From positions 108-64,107 of the forward strand of contig DASPNQ010000122.1 in assembly GCA_035626435.1 (NCBI GenBank): a DNA stretch of 64,000 nt, given 5' to 3'. The translations under genes and the position numbers were made by a program. Below the pieces are notes generated by a model that ran no database searches, was not told the DNA's origin, and was given only the letters and a program-made list of their open reading frames with translations. The stretch comes from Vicinamibacterales bacterium. Lineage in GTDB: Bacteria; Acidobacteriota; Vicinamibacteria; Vicinamibacterales; UBA2999. Every line of letters begins with the position of its first letter. Within the stretch, counting starts at the first letter, position 1. Shown here in pieces: positions 1-9,249 of this stretch.

Positions 1-1
1 A

Positions 2-1552
2 ATGGTGAGCGCGCTGCTCGCGGCGCCTAGCTACGCACAGGTGCCAGAGGTGCCAGAGGTGCCAAGGGTGCCGGGGGTGCCAAGGGTGCTACAGGTGCCA
101 ATGGTGCCAGAAGTGCCAATGGTGCCAATGGTGCCGATGATTGCGGACTTCGATTTCGGGATGCCGCAACCGCCGCAGATGCCGATCATGCCGGTGATGC
201 CGATGTTGCCGCCTATGCCACCGATGGCGGATGTCAGCATGGCGCTGGCCGCGGCGGAACATGGGGCTGTAACTGTGCGCACGGCGATCGATGCGGCGCG
301 TGCCCGCGGCGCGCTGTCGTTCGCATTCGGCGATGGCCAGCGCTCGCGCGAAGACGAGCAGCGCCAGCGCGAAGACGAGGCGCGGCAGCGTGAAGAGGAA
401 GCACGTCAGCGTGAGGCGGAGCGCCGCCAGCGCGTCGATGAGTACTACCAGCGCGGCCAGGAATCGCTCGAGCGCCGGTCGTGGGCGCGTGCCGTTGATT
501 CGTTCACCCGGGTCATCGATTCGCAGAATTCGAACCGCGTCGATGCCGCGTTGTACTGGAAGGCCTACGCGCTGGACAAACTCAATCAGCAGGCGGACGC
601 GCTGGCCGCGGTCCAGGATCTGATCAAGCGGTTTCCCCAGAGCCGCTGGATCAGCGACGCCAAGGCGCTCGAGCTGCAAGTGCGGCAGAACGCGGGTCAG
701 GCGCCGCGCCCGGAAGCGGAATCCGACGAAGAGTTGAAACTGCTGGCGATCCAGGGGCTGCAGCATTCCGATCCGGAGCAGGCGATCCCGATGCTCGAGA
801 AGATCATCCAGGGCACCGCGTCACCGCAATTGAAGTCGCGGGCGCTGTTCGTGCTCGCGCAGAGCAACTCGCCGCGGGCGCGGCAGGTGCTGACCGCGGT
901 CGCGAAAGGCGGCGGCAACCCGGACGTGCAGCGCCGCGCCATCCAATACCTCGGCGTCCACGGCTCGCAGGAGAACCGCGCCATCCTCGCGGAGATCTAC
1001 GCCGCCACCGGCGATCTCGACATCAAGCGGCAAATCCTTCGCTCGTTTCACGTCGCCGGCGACCGCGCGCGGCTGGTGACGGCGGCCACTACCGAGAAAG
1101 CTCCGGAGCTGCGCCAGGAAGCGGTGCGTCAGCTCGGGTCGATGGGCGCACGTGACGAGCTCTGGAACATGTATCAAAAGGAGAGCACGCCGGAAGTGAA
1201 ACGCCAGATTCTGCAGGCGCTGTTCGTCAGCGGCGACGCGCAGCGGCTGATCGAGGTCGCCAACAGCGAGCAGAATCCCGAGCTGCGCCGGCGCGCCGTG
1301 CAACACCTCGGCACGATGAGCCGGACCCGTACCGGGGATGCGCTGGCCGGCATCTATGCGAAGGAAAAGGACGCCGACATCAAACGCATCGTGATCAACG
1401 CGTTGTTCACGCAAGGCAACGCCGACGCGCTGGTCGCCATTGCCCGCAAGGAAACCGATCCCGCGGCCAAGCGCGAGGTCGTGTCGAAGCTCTCGGTGAT
1501 GACGAAGTCGAAGGTCGCGATGGATTACTTGATGGAGATCCTGAACAAATGA
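2..1552 (+). CDS. Secreted HEAT-repeat protein; N-terminal (Val-Pro-X)n tract, Arg/Glu-rich coiled coil, TPR-like segment, then about 8 HEAT/PBS-lyase-like repeats. Possibly 5' partial, since the ORF begins at the window edge.
   Basis: Long ORF. MVSALLAAPSYAQ looks like the end of a signal peptide. REDEQRQREDEARQREEEARQREAERRQR coiled coil. Recurrent motifs such as NPELRRRAVQHLG, PEVKRQILQALF and DADIKRIVINALF are typical of HEAT repeats. Confidence 0.75.
   Translation: MVSALLAAPSYAQVPEVPEVPRVPGVPRVLQVPMVPEVPMVPMVPMIADFDFGMPQPPQMPIMPVMPMLPPMPPMADVSMALAAAEHGAVTVRTAIDAARARGALSFAFGDGQRSREDEQRQREDEARQREEEARQREAERRQRVDEYYQRGQESLERRSWARAVDSFTRVIDSQNSNRVDAALYWKAYALDKLNQQADALAAVQDLIKRFPQSRWISDAKALELQVRQNAGQAPRPEAESDEELKLLAIQGLQHSDPEQAIPMLEKIIQGTASPQLKSRALFVLAQSNSPRARQVLTAVAKGGGNPDVQRRAIQYLGVHGSQENRAILAEIYAATGDLDIKRQILRSFHVAGDRARLVTAATTEKAPELRQEAVRQLGSMGARDELWNMYQKESTPEVKRQILQALFVSGDAQRLIEVANSEQNPELRRRAVQHLGTMSRTRTGDALAGIYAKEKDADIKRIVINALFTQGNADALVAIARKETDPAAKREVVSKLSVMTKSKVAMDYLMEILNK
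40..138 (+). repeat. 11 tandem 9-bp units with core GGTGCCA (GGTGCCAGA/GGTGCCAAG/GGTGCCAAT...), in frame and translated as (V-P-X)11
   Basis: Direct reading: ggtgccaga ggtgccaga ggtgccaag ggtgccggg ggtgccaag ggtgctaca ggtgccaat ggtgccaga agtgccaat ggtgccaat ggtgccgat. Confidence 0.9.
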
Positions 1553-2451
1553 CGGCGACCGCGCCCGCCTTCGCTCGCGGGAAATCGAGCGAGTCGCTCC
1601 GGCGTGACCTCGCCGGACGGTCACGCCTGAGCGGCTTCCTGGTGACCCTGCTGGCGGCAATCGCCGTGCACTGGAGCGCGGCCGCCGCCGTCGCCCAGAC
1701 GCCGCGGCTCTCGAACGGGCGCCTCGAGACGCATCCGACGACGAATATTTCGCGCGATGTGCCGGCGCTGGCACGCACGCTGACCGAACCGATGTGGATC
1801 GGCTATGCGCAGCCGCTGATCGACGGCAATCACGAGATGTGCGACTACTGGAACAACGGCGCGCGTTTCACCCAGTCGACCGACCCGATTCGGCTCGAAC
1901 CCGCGGACTTCTTCTTCGTGATGTTCCGCGTCGAGAATCGCGAGATCACCCGCATCCGCACCTACTCGGCGAACTGCCCGCTCGACGCCGGCGGCAAACC
2001 GGTGCATTGGTTCAGCAACGTCGCGGTGAACGACAGCATCAGTTACATGAAGTCGTTCATCGCCGCCAACGCGACACGACGGCTGATGGACTCGGCCGTC
2101 ACCGTGATCGCGCTGACCGAAGGGCAGCAGGCACTGAACGAGCTGCTGACCATCGCGCGCGATGGAATGACCACGAACATCAAGGGTAACGCGTTGTTCT
2201 GGCTGGCGCAGCGCGCCGGCGACAAGGCGATCGGCACCATCACCGCGGCGATCGAGAACGATCCGGACACCGAGGTCAAGAAGAAGGCGGTGTTCGCGCT
2301 CAGTCAGCTGCCGAAAGACCAGGGCGTACCGCTGCTGATCGAGCAGGCTCGCACCAACAAGAACCCGGCGGTACGGAAACAGGCGATGTTCTGGCTCGGC
2401 CAATCGAAGGATCCGCGCGCGCTGAAGTTTTTCGAAGAAATCCTGAAGTAA
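1549..2451 (+). CDS. HEAT-repeat protein with an N-terminal hydrophobic anchor/signal
   Basis: ATGA start/stop overlap with the upstream HEAT gene. C-terminal KKKAVFALSQLPKDQGVPLLIEQARTNKNPAVRKQAMFWLGQSKDPRALKFFEEIL is a classic HEAT/PBS-lyase repeat pattern. Confidence 0.75.
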   Translation: MTATAPAFARGKSSESLRRDLAGRSRLSGFLVTLLAAIAVHWSAAAAVAQTPRLSNGRLETHPTTNISRDVPALARTLTEPMWIGYAQPLIDGNHEMCDYWNNGARFTQSTDPIRLEPADFFFVMFRVENREITRIRTYSANCPLDAGGKPVHWFSNVAVNDSISYMKSFIAANATRRLMDSAVTVIALTEGQQALNELLTIARDGMTTNIKGNALFWLAQRAGDKAIGTITAAIENDPDTEVKKKAVFALSQLPKDQGVPLLIEQARTNKNPAVRKQAMFWLGQSKDPRALKFFEEILK

Positions 2452-2532
2452 CCCTTGTCCGCCGTCGCCTTGCGAAGGCGGATTCCAACCATCCGGCGGC
2501 CTCGATCCATCCAAGGATACGAGGTCGCCGAA

Positions 2533-3627
2533 ATGCCGAAAGTCCTTGCCCTAGCCTTGTTGGTTTTCGCTGGTCCGGTGGGCCTGAGAGCATCGTCGTC
2601 TGCGCTTCCCGTCGCAGCCGGCGAGCAGGCGGTGGCGCAAGCGTATCAAGGCGAATGGACGGCCGACACGCGCAGCACCTGGACGGATGCTGACGGCGAG
2701 CCGCGCGTCCAATTCAACCTGCGCACGGGCGCGGGTGACAGTCGATGGGGGTTCGGCGTCCGCATCCGCGATCTCGCCGGCCTGCCGCCCGCGGCGGTGG
2801 CCAACATGGCGGACAACGTGCAGTTCTCGTGGACGCGAGAGGCCGGCACGTTCCGCTTCAGCGGGTCGTTCGACCAGGGCCGCGGCAGCGGCACTTATGC
2901 CTTCACGCCCGACCAGGCGTTCGTGACCAATATGGGCGCCGCCGGTTACCGCAACCTTTCCAACGATGACATCGTGAGGATGGCGGTGATCGACCTGACC
3001 ACCGCGCACGTTCGCGGGCTCGCGCAGGCCGGATATGCGAACCTGCCGCTCGACGATCTCATTCGCACGCGTCTGCATCGCGTCACGCCGGAGTTCATTC
3101 GCGACCTGGCGTCGTTGGGCTACAAGGGCATCGCCATCGACGATCTCGTGCGAATGGGTATCCATCGCGCGACGCCGGACAACATTCGCGCGCTGCAGGC
3201 GCAGGGCATTCGCGGCTTGAGTGTCGACGAGCTGATTAAATTTCGCATCCACAAGGTCACTCCCGAGTTCATCCGCGCGCTGGAACAGCGAGGCTACCGG
3301 CAGCTGACGACAGACAGCCTGGTCAAGATGCGTATCCACAAGGTATTGCCAGAGGAGATCGACCAGTTGAAGGCCCTGGGCTTCGCCGGGATGTCCGTCG
3401 ACGAGTTGGTCAAGTTCCGCATCCACAAGGTGACGCCGGACTATATCCGCGCGATGCGCGAAGTCGGGTTCACGTCGGCGACCGAAGATCAACTGGTCCG
3501 GATGCGCATTCACAAGGTCGACGCGACGTTCGTCCGCCATGCCCGCGAAGACGGGCTGACCGTGGCCACGCCTGGCGACGCCATCGATCTCGCGATCCAC
3601 GGTCCGCGCTGGCGCCGTCGCCGATAG
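2533..3627 (+). CDS. Secreted protein of unknown function with about 7.5 tandem 29-aa repeats (consensus x-L-x-x-D-D-L-V-R-M-R-I-H-K-V-T-P-E-F-I-R-A-L-x-x-x-G-Y-x)
   Basis: Start chosen at MPKVLALALLVFAGPVGLRASSS (signal peptide), in frame within track ORF 2455..3627. Repeats are read directly from the translation. Confidence 0.7.
   Translation: MPKVLALALLVFAGPVGLRASSSALPVAAGEQAVAQAYQGEWTADTRSTWTDADGEPRVQFNLRTGAGDSRWGFGVRIRDLAGLPPAAVANMADNVQFSWTREAGTFRFSGSFDQGRGSGTYAFTPDQAFVTNMGAAGYRNLSNDDIVRMAVIDLTTAHVRGLAQAGYANLPLDDLIRTRLHRVTPEFIRDLASLGYKGIAIDDLVRMGIHRATPDNIRALQAQGIRGLSVDELIKFRIHKVTPEFIRALEQRGYRQLTTDSLVKMRIHKVLPEEIDQLKALGFAGMSVDELVKFRIHKVTPDYIRAMREVGFTSATEDQLVRMRIHKVDATFVRHAREDGLTVATPGDAIDLAIHGPRWRRRR
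2953..3603 (+). repeat. In-frame tandem 87-bp (29-codon) repeat array inside the CDS at 2533..3627
   Basis: Units: NLSNDDIVRMAVIDLTTAHVRGLAQAGYA / NLPLDDLIRTRLHRVTPEFIRDLASLGYK / GIAIDDLVRMGIHRATPDNIRALQAQGIR / GLSVDELIKFRIHKVTPEFIRALEQRGYR / QLTTDSLVKMRIHKVLPEEIDQLKALGFA / GMSVDELVKFRIHKVTPDYIRAMREVGFT / SATEDQLVRMRIHKVDATFVRHAREDGLT / partial unit. Confidence 0.85.
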
Positions 3628-3726
3628 TACCTCTGGGCCGCGTCGTCTTTCCGCTGCCGCTTCCGTGACCCCACCGCAACACCGTTGCTGACGCGGCCGC
3701 CCTGGTCCGCGGGTTAGAATCCGCGG

Positions 3727-5148
3727 ATGCGTAATATTCGACTGGCTGCCGGATGTTCCCGGCAGGCCCTCTATCTCCCGATCAAACATCTGCTCCCGGC
3801 CGCGCTGGTGTTGCTGCTGTCAGTCACGGCGGCTGCGCAATCCGCGCCACGGCCCGATGCCGATCCGCGCATCGAGAAGATCGTCGCGGCGATCTCGCAA
3901 GAGCGGCTGCAAGAGTTACTGACGAAGCTGGTGAGCTTCGGCACCCGCAACACGCTGTCCGATCAGGACTCGCCGACGCGCGGCATTGGCGCGGCGCGCA
4001 ACTGGATTCTCGAAGAGATGCGGCGGTCGAGCGAAAAGCTGCGCGTGACGTTCGACACCCACCAGATTGCGCCGCAGGGCCGTATCACGCGCGCGGTCGA
4101 CTTGCGCAACGTCATGGCGGTACTGCCGGGCCGATCGCCGAGGCGCATCTACGTCAGCGGTCATTACGACACCGTCAACATCGGCGGCCAGAATGTCTCG
4201 AATGCCTCCGCGCCGGGCGGCGCCGCCGCGGGAGGTGATCGGCAGACTCGGCCTGGATTCGATCCCAACGTCGACGCCAACGGCGCCAACGATGATGGCA
4301 GCGGCACGGTGCTGACGATGGAGCTGGCACGAGTGTTCGCGGAAAGCGGGATCCAGTTCGACGCGACGCTGGTGTTCATCGCCTGGGCCGGAGAAGAACA
4401 GGGGCTGGTCGGGTCGGCGGTGCACGCGGAGGACCTGCGAAAGAACAAGGTCGCCGTCGACGCCGTCTTCAACAACGACATCGTCGGCAACTCGCTCGGC
4501 GGCAACGGCATTCGCGACGCCGAGTCGGTCAAGGTCTATGCGATCGGTCCGGAAGATTCACCGGCCCGCTCGCTGGCCCGTTATATCCGCAAGACCGCGG
4601 CCATTTATGTGCCGTCGCACCGCGTCCGCCTGATGGCCCGCGAAGACCGCTTCGGCCGCGGCAGCGATCAATCGTCGTTCTCGCAGAACGGCTATCCGGC
4701 AATCGTGTTCCGCGAAGCCAATGAGAATTTCGAACGGCAGCACGGCGAGAACGACAAGATCGACGGCGTGGATTTCGGATACCTGGCGCAGAACGCGCGC
4801 GTCAACGCCGCGGGCGTCGCGGCGCTTGCGCTGGCGCCGCCGGCGCCAACTGTCACCAACGAGCGCGGCGGCAACATGCTTTCTCGCGATCCATCCGGCT
4901 ACGACGCGACGATGCGGTGGGTGGCGTCGCCGGGCGCGGTGGCCTACCGCATCTACTGGCGCGACACCTGGACCAACGACTGGGAGCACACGCAGACGAT
5001 CGGCAACGTCACTCAGTTCACGTTGAAGAACGTCAACATCGACGACTTCGTCTTCGGCGTCTCGGCGATCGGCGCCGACGGGCAGGAGAGCCTGGTCAGT
5101 GCGTACGTGTCGCCGGTGCGGCAAAGTACGCCGATCAAACGTCAATGA
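3727..5148 (+). CDS. M28-family metallo-aminopeptidase with a C-terminal fibronectin-III-like domain
   Basis: VSGHYDTVN, NDDGSGTVLTMELARVF and FIAWAGEEQGLVGS are M28 metal-ligand blocks. Signal-like N-terminus. C-terminal YRIYWRDTWTNDWEHTQ...FTLKNVNIDDFVFGVSAIG is Fn3-like. Confidence 0.85.
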   Translation: MRNIRLAAGCSRQALYLPIKHLLPAALVLLLSVTAAAQSAPRPDADPRIEKIVAAISQERLQELLTKLVSFGTRNTLSDQDSPTRGIGAARNWILEEMRRSSEKLRVTFDTHQIAPQGRITRAVDLRNVMAVLPGRSPRRIYVSGHYDTVNIGGQNVSNASAPGGAAAGGDRQTRPGFDPNVDANGANDDGSGTVLTMELARVFAESGIQFDATLVFIAWAGEEQGLVGSAVHAEDLRKNKVAVDAVFNNDIVGNSLGGNGIRDAESVKVYAIGPEDSPARSLARYIRKTAAIYVPSHRVRLMAREDRFGRGSDQSSFSQNGYPAIVFREANENFERQHGENDKIDGVDFGYLAQNARVNAAGVAALALAPPAPTVTNERGGNMLSRDPSGYDATMRWVASPGAVAYRIYWRDTWTNDWEHTQTIGNVTQFTLKNVNIDDFVFGVSAIGADGQESLVSAYVSPVRQSTPIKRQ

Positions 5149-5179
5149 TTGCGCCGGCGATCCGATCGATCGCGCAACC

Positions 5180-5833
5180 TTGACTGATGTCGTGGCGCGG
5201 CTGCGTGTCGCGTTGTCGAGGCCGCTGCCCGGGCTCACGGCGCAGCTGCGGATGTCACCCGAGCCGAGGCTGGGCTGGGACCCGCTGAAATTCCCGGAAG
5301 GCGCGCGGGACGGGGCGGGCCTGCTGCTCCTCTACCCTTCGGCGGAGGCGTCGGGCGGCGGCGCGTACGACGATTCGCTGCAGATGGCGTTGACCGTGCG
5401 TGGCTCGGAGCTGCGCAACCACACCGGTCAGGTGTCGCTGCCCGGCGGGCGGGTCGACGCGGGGGAAACCGTGGAACAGGCCGCGCTCCGCGAAGCCCAT
5501 GAGGAAATCGGTGTCGACCCATCGGTGGTCGATATTCTCGGGCGCCTGACACCACTGCACATTCCCGTCAGCGGCTACCTGCTGCATCCAGTCGTTGGAT
5601 TTACCTCGATGCGGCCGGCGTTTCAGCGGGCCGAGTGGGAAGTGGCGCGGATTATCGAGGCGCCAGTGTCGATGCTGGCCGATCCGGCAATCATCAAGCG
5701 CGAGAGACGCACGCGCGTCGTCAATGGACAGGCCATCGATATCGACGTGCCGTACTACGACATCGACGGTGAAAAAGTGTGGGGCGCCACCGCCATGGTG
5801 TTGGCGGAGTTCTGCGCTATTCTCCAGCCGTGA
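5180..5833 (+). CDS. NUDIX hydrolase (CoA pyrophosphatase-like)
   Basis: Nudix box GGRVDAGETVEQAALREAHEEIGV. The track ORF starts at 5099, which overlaps the M28 3' end. An in-frame TTG at 5180 is a more plausible start, but the start remains uncertain. Confidence 0.8.
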   Translation: MTDVVARLRVALSRPLPGLTAQLRMSPEPRLGWDPLKFPEGARDGAGLLLLYPSAEASGGGAYDDSLQMALTVRGSELRNHTGQVSLPGGRVDAGETVEQAALREAHEEIGVDPSVVDILGRLTPLHIPVSGYLLHPVVGFTSMRPAFQRAEWEVARIIEAPVSMLADPAIIKRERRTRVVNGQAIDIDVPYYDIDGEKVWGATAMVLAEFCAILQP

Positions 5834-7110
5834 AAACCATCGCCGTTGCTCTGACCGTCGCGTTCGGGCTGACGACTGCGGTGAATCAACGCAGGCCGTC
5901 TGACGCGCTGATCGACAGGTTTTTTGCCGCCGAATCGGGGGCGGACGCGGCAGCGATGGCCGCGGAGTCGCTCGCGTTCGACTTCGACCAGCTGTACGGA
6001 CGGTTGCAGCAGGGCCGAACCTACCTCGATGAAAAGCGCGGTGAGTACTCGCTGCGATGGAAGTCGAAGTCCGGCCCCTACTTCAACAACGTCGTGGACG
6101 TGCCGGATGACTACGACCCGTCACGAAAGTGGATGTTGCGCGTGCAGCTGCATGGCGGGGTGGGGCGGCCGTCGCCGAACGCATCGCAGCCGGGGCGCCA
6201 GCCGGGCCGTGCCAACAATCGCATCGCCGGCGAGAAACAGATTTACCTGCACCCCAGCGGGTGGATCGCCGCGCAGTGGTGGGATGAAGAGCAGGTCGAT
6301 AACATCCTGCGCGCAGTCGACACCCTGAAGCGCCGCTACAACATCGACGAATCAAGAATTTACCTGACCGGCATTTCGGATGGCGGCACCGGCGTGTACT
6401 ACCTGGCGCTCAAGGAACCGAATCCATGGTCGTCGTACCTGCCCCTGAACGGCAGCCTGGCGGTGCTCCGCAATCCCGACAACGGCGCCGATGGCGAGCT
6501 GCACGGCAACAACTTGATCAACGCGCCGCTGTATGTCGTCAACGGCGAGCACGATCCGCTGTACCCCGTCGCACAAGTCGAGCCGCATATCGCGTGGTTG
6601 AACCGCATGGGGGTCACGGTCGTGTTCCGGCCGCAGCCAGGCGCCGTGCACAACACCGCTTGGTGGCCGACCGAACGCGCCCCGTTCGAGCAATTCGTCA
6701 AGGATCACCCGCGCGTGGCACACCCGGCGGCGCTGACCTGGGAGACGGAGCGCGTCGATCGCTTCAACCGTAACCGGTGGCTGGTGATCACCGAGCTTCG
6801 CACCGACGCGTCGCGGACGACGCCCCTGACCGATGCCGGTTTCTTCCGCCATACCAAGCGTTCCGGCCGCGTCGACATTCGCCGCAACGGCAATCGATTC
6901 GATGCGGTGACGCGGGATGTGGCTGCGTTCACAGTGCTGCTGTCTCCCGACGTGATCGATTTCTCGACGCCGGTCAGCGTCGCCGTCAACGGCGCCGTGG
7001 TGCATAACGCGGCGGTCGCCAAGGATCAGGCGACGCTGCTGCGATGGGCCGCGCAGGACAACGATCGTACGGCGCTGTACGCCGCCGAACTGAAGGTCGT
7101 CGTTCCGTGA
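5830..7110 (+). CDS. Secreted alpha/beta-hydrolase (esterase/peptidase-like)
   Basis: A GTG at 5830 overlaps the upstream stop (GTGA) and gives the signal peptide VKTIAVALTVAFGLTTAV. Nucleophile elbow YLTGISDGGTGVYYLAL (GxSxG). Confidence 0.7.
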   Translation: MKTIAVALTVAFGLTTAVNQRRPSDALIDRFFAAESGADAAAMAAESLAFDFDQLYGRLQQGRTYLDEKRGEYSLRWKSKSGPYFNNVVDVPDDYDPSRKWMLRVQLHGGVGRPSPNASQPGRQPGRANNRIAGEKQIYLHPSGWIAAQWWDEEQVDNILRAVDTLKRRYNIDESRIYLTGISDGGTGVYYLALKEPNPWSSYLPLNGSLAVLRNPDNGADGELHGNNLINAPLYVVNGEHDPLYPVAQVEPHIAWLNRMGVTVVFRPQPGAVHNTAWWPTERAPFEQFVKDHPRVAHPAALTWETERVDRFNRNRWLVITELRTDASRTTPLTDAGFFRHTKRSGRVDIRRNGNRFDAVTRDVAAFTVLLSPDVIDFSTPVSVAVNGAVVHNAAVAKDQATLLRWAAQDNDRTALYAAELKVVVP

Positions 7111-7856
7111 TGCGGCCGGTCATCCTGATTACGGGCGCGAGCCGCGGCATCGGCGCGGCGACCGCGCGGCTGGCGGCGGCAAACGGCTACGACGTCTGCG
7201 TCAACTACCGCGCCAATGCCGATGCCGCTGCGGCGGTGGCCGGAGCGGCCGTTGCCTGCGGCGCCCGCGCCATCGCCGTACAGGCGGATGTCGCGATCGA
7301 AGCCGAAGTGATACGGCTGTTCGGCGAGTGCGATCGCACGCTCGGTCCGATGCGGGCGCTCGTCAACAACGCGGGCATCCTCGAATCGCAGTCGCGCGTT
7401 GAACGGATTACGGCCGAGCGTCTGCAGCGCATTTTCGCCACCAATGTCACGGGCGTGTTCCTGTGCGCACGCGAAGCCGTCAGGCGCATGTCGACGAGCC
7501 ATGGCGGTCATGGCGGCGCCATCGTCAACGTCTCCTCGCGCGCGTCGGTGCTGGGCGCGCCGAATGAATATGTCGATTACGCTGCGTCGAAGGCCGCCGT
7601 CGATACGTTGACGATCGGCCTCGCGCAGGAGGTTGCGCAGGAAGGCATCCGCGTCAACGCCGTCCGCGCCGGCATCATCGACACCGAGATTCACGCCAGC
7701 GGCGGCGAACCCGGCCGCGTCGATCGGATGAAGGCCTCCGTGCCGATGAGGCGCGGCGGTACGGCCGAGGAAGTCGCGCGCGCCATCCTCTGGCTGCTGT
7801 CGGACGAGGCCTCGTTCACCACCGGGTCGTTTCTCGATGTCAGCGGTGGCCGCTGA
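7110..7856 (+). CDS. SDR-family oxidoreductase
   Basis: MRPVILITGASRGIG Rossmann motif, NNAG, and YAASKAAV (YxxxK). The ATG overlaps the upstream stop (TGATG). Confidence 0.9.
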   Translation: MRPVILITGASRGIGAATARLAAANGYDVCVNYRANADAAAAVAGAAVACGARAIAVQADVAIEAEVIRLFGECDRTLGPMRALVNNAGILESQSRVERITAERLQRIFATNVTGVFLCAREAVRRMSTSHGGHGGAIVNVSSRASVLGAPNEYVDYAASKAAVDTLTIGLAQEVAQEGIRVNAVRAGIIDTEIHASGGEPGRVDRMKASVPMRRGGTAEEVARAILWLLSDEASFTTGSFLDVSGGR

Positions 7857-7886
7857 TCTGCTGGAATCTGTGCATACACTCTTGAC

Positions 7887-8444
7887 GTGAAGCCGACGTT
7901 CTTCGAAACAGCGGCGCAGTTCCGCGCCTGGCTCGAGAAGCATCACCAGACCGCCGACGAGATCATCGTCGGCTTTTACCGCAAGGACAGCGGCAAGCCG
8001 AGCATCACCTGGTCGGAAGCCGTGGACGAGGCATTGTGTTTCGGCTGGATCGACGGCATTCGGCGGAAGCACAGCGACATCGCGTATTCGAACCGGTTCA
8101 CGCCCAGGCGGCCGAACAGCAACTGGAGCGCGATCAACATCGCCAAGGTCGAGCAACTGACCAGGGAGGGCCGCATGCGACCGGCCGGCCTGGCTGCTTT
8201 CGAAAAGCGCAAAGCCAGCCGGTCGCGCGTCTACAGTTACGAACAGAAGGACGACCCGGAGTGGTTGCCGCATCTCCTGAAGAAGTTCAAGGCGAACAAG
8301 CGGGCATGGACATTCTTTCAGGGCCTGCCGCCGTATTACCGGCGCGGCGAAACACGCTGGATCAACAGCGCGAAGCAGGAGGAGACACGCCTCCGGCGGC
8401 TGGACAAGGTGATGGCGGCGTGCGAGAGTGGCAGGCGCCGATAA
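7887..8444 (+). CDS. YdeI/OmpD-associated family protein
   Basis: N-terminal FFETAAQFRAWLEKHH...GFYRKDSGKPSITWSEAVDEALCFGWIDGIRRK is the characteristic YdeI pattern. GTG start. Confidence 0.8.
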   Translation: MKPTFFETAAQFRAWLEKHHQTADEIIVGFYRKDSGKPSITWSEAVDEALCFGWIDGIRRKHSDIAYSNRFTPRRPNSNWSAINIAKVEQLTREGRMRPAGLAAFEKRKASRSRVYSYEQKDDPEWLPHLLKKFKANKRAWTFFQGLPPYYRRGETRWINSAKQEETRLRRLDKVMAACESGRRR

Positions 8445-8448
8445 CGCG

Positions 8449-9069
8449 ATGGGGTCCAACTACAGCGCCTCCGACTACGTTTTTCAATTCATCATCATCA
8501 CGACCGGTGTCCTCATCGCGATGCTCGCGAACGGGTTCGTCGAGCGCACCAAGGACCGCCGGCTGGTGGCGCAGGCGCGCTCGACGATTCAGCGCGAGAT
8601 CGCCGACAACAGCAAGGACCTCGCAGCGACGCTCTCAAGCTTTCCTAAGGATCGCGAGGCCCTTGATGGGGCGATCCAATTCGCGGACGACATGCTGACC
8701 ACGGGCAAGACCAGCGTGACGTCGATTCAGATCCACTACAACATGGCCGATCTGTTCGATACCAGCTGGCGTACCGCCGAACGAACCGGCGCCCTGAGCC
8801 ATATGGACTATGCCGAGGTGCAGCGTTACTCGAAGCTGTACGACTTCCAGGATTTCTTCATCACGCAACAGCGCGCGGCCGTCTCTCAACTGTCCCTGAC
8901 CTCGTCGCTGCTTGGGCCCGGCTTCAACCCCGACAAGCCCAACCCAGACGATCTGCGGACCTTCCGCCAGCGCGCGCACGAACTGCGCGCGGCTCTTGGC
9001 CTGCAGGAAGACTTCGCGAAGCGGCTTGCGGAGTTTTACGCGGCTGCGTTGAAGAACGACGCACAGTAA
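8449..9069 (+). CDS. Hypothetical single-pass membrane protein
   Basis: ORF with an N-terminal TM segment (YVFQFIIITTGVLIAMLANGFV) and ordinary coding composition. No recognisable family. Confidence 0.55.
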   Translation: MGSNYSASDYVFQFIIITTGVLIAMLANGFVERTKDRRLVAQARSTIQREIADNSKDLAATLSSFPKDREALDGAIQFADDMLTTGKTSVTSIQIHYNMADLFDTSWRTAERTGALSHMDYAEVQRYSKLYDFQDFFITQQRAAVSQLSLTSSLLGPGFNPDKPNPDDLRTFRQRAHELRAALGLQEDFAKRLAEFYAAALKNDAQ

Positions 9070-9071
9070 TA

Positions 9072-9125
9072 GGTGCCACGGTGCCAACGGGTGCCAAGGG
9101 TGTGCCAAGGTGCCGGGGGTGCGGC
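9072..9125 (+). repeat. Non-coding array of GGTGCCA-core short repeats with irregular 8-10 bp period
   Basis: ggtgccac ggtgccaac gggtgccaag ggtgtgccaa ggtgccggg ggtgcggc, read directly. Confidence 0.85.
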
Positions 9126-9249
9126 AAATTTTGCGATGCCGGTCGGTGACGATGGTTGCGCGAATTGCGACATCGGGTCGCGGCGGTTCTTCGATCCCGA
9201 AGGAAATTAAGTAATCGCATTCGGCAACGGCGTTGCAGGTCCGCCGGTC

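Noticed and set aside
2551-3789. 412-aa ORF on the - strand
   Set aside because: It is antisense to the 29-aa-repeat gene. The + frame shows a regular conserved repeat with a signal peptide, while the - frame is Arg-rich noise.
5099-5179. Upstream extension of the NUDIX ORF
   Set aside because: It would overlap the M28 peptidase 3' end by 50 bp and adds Cys/Arg-rich residues with no Nudix-family counterpart. An in-frame TTG at 5180 is preferred, although the start remains uncertain.
7026-8459. 477-aa ORF on the - strand
   Set aside because: It is antisense to the SDR and YdeI-family genes, both of which carry clear family motifs. Its composition is Arg/Ala/Pro-biased, so I treat it as a high-GC artefact.
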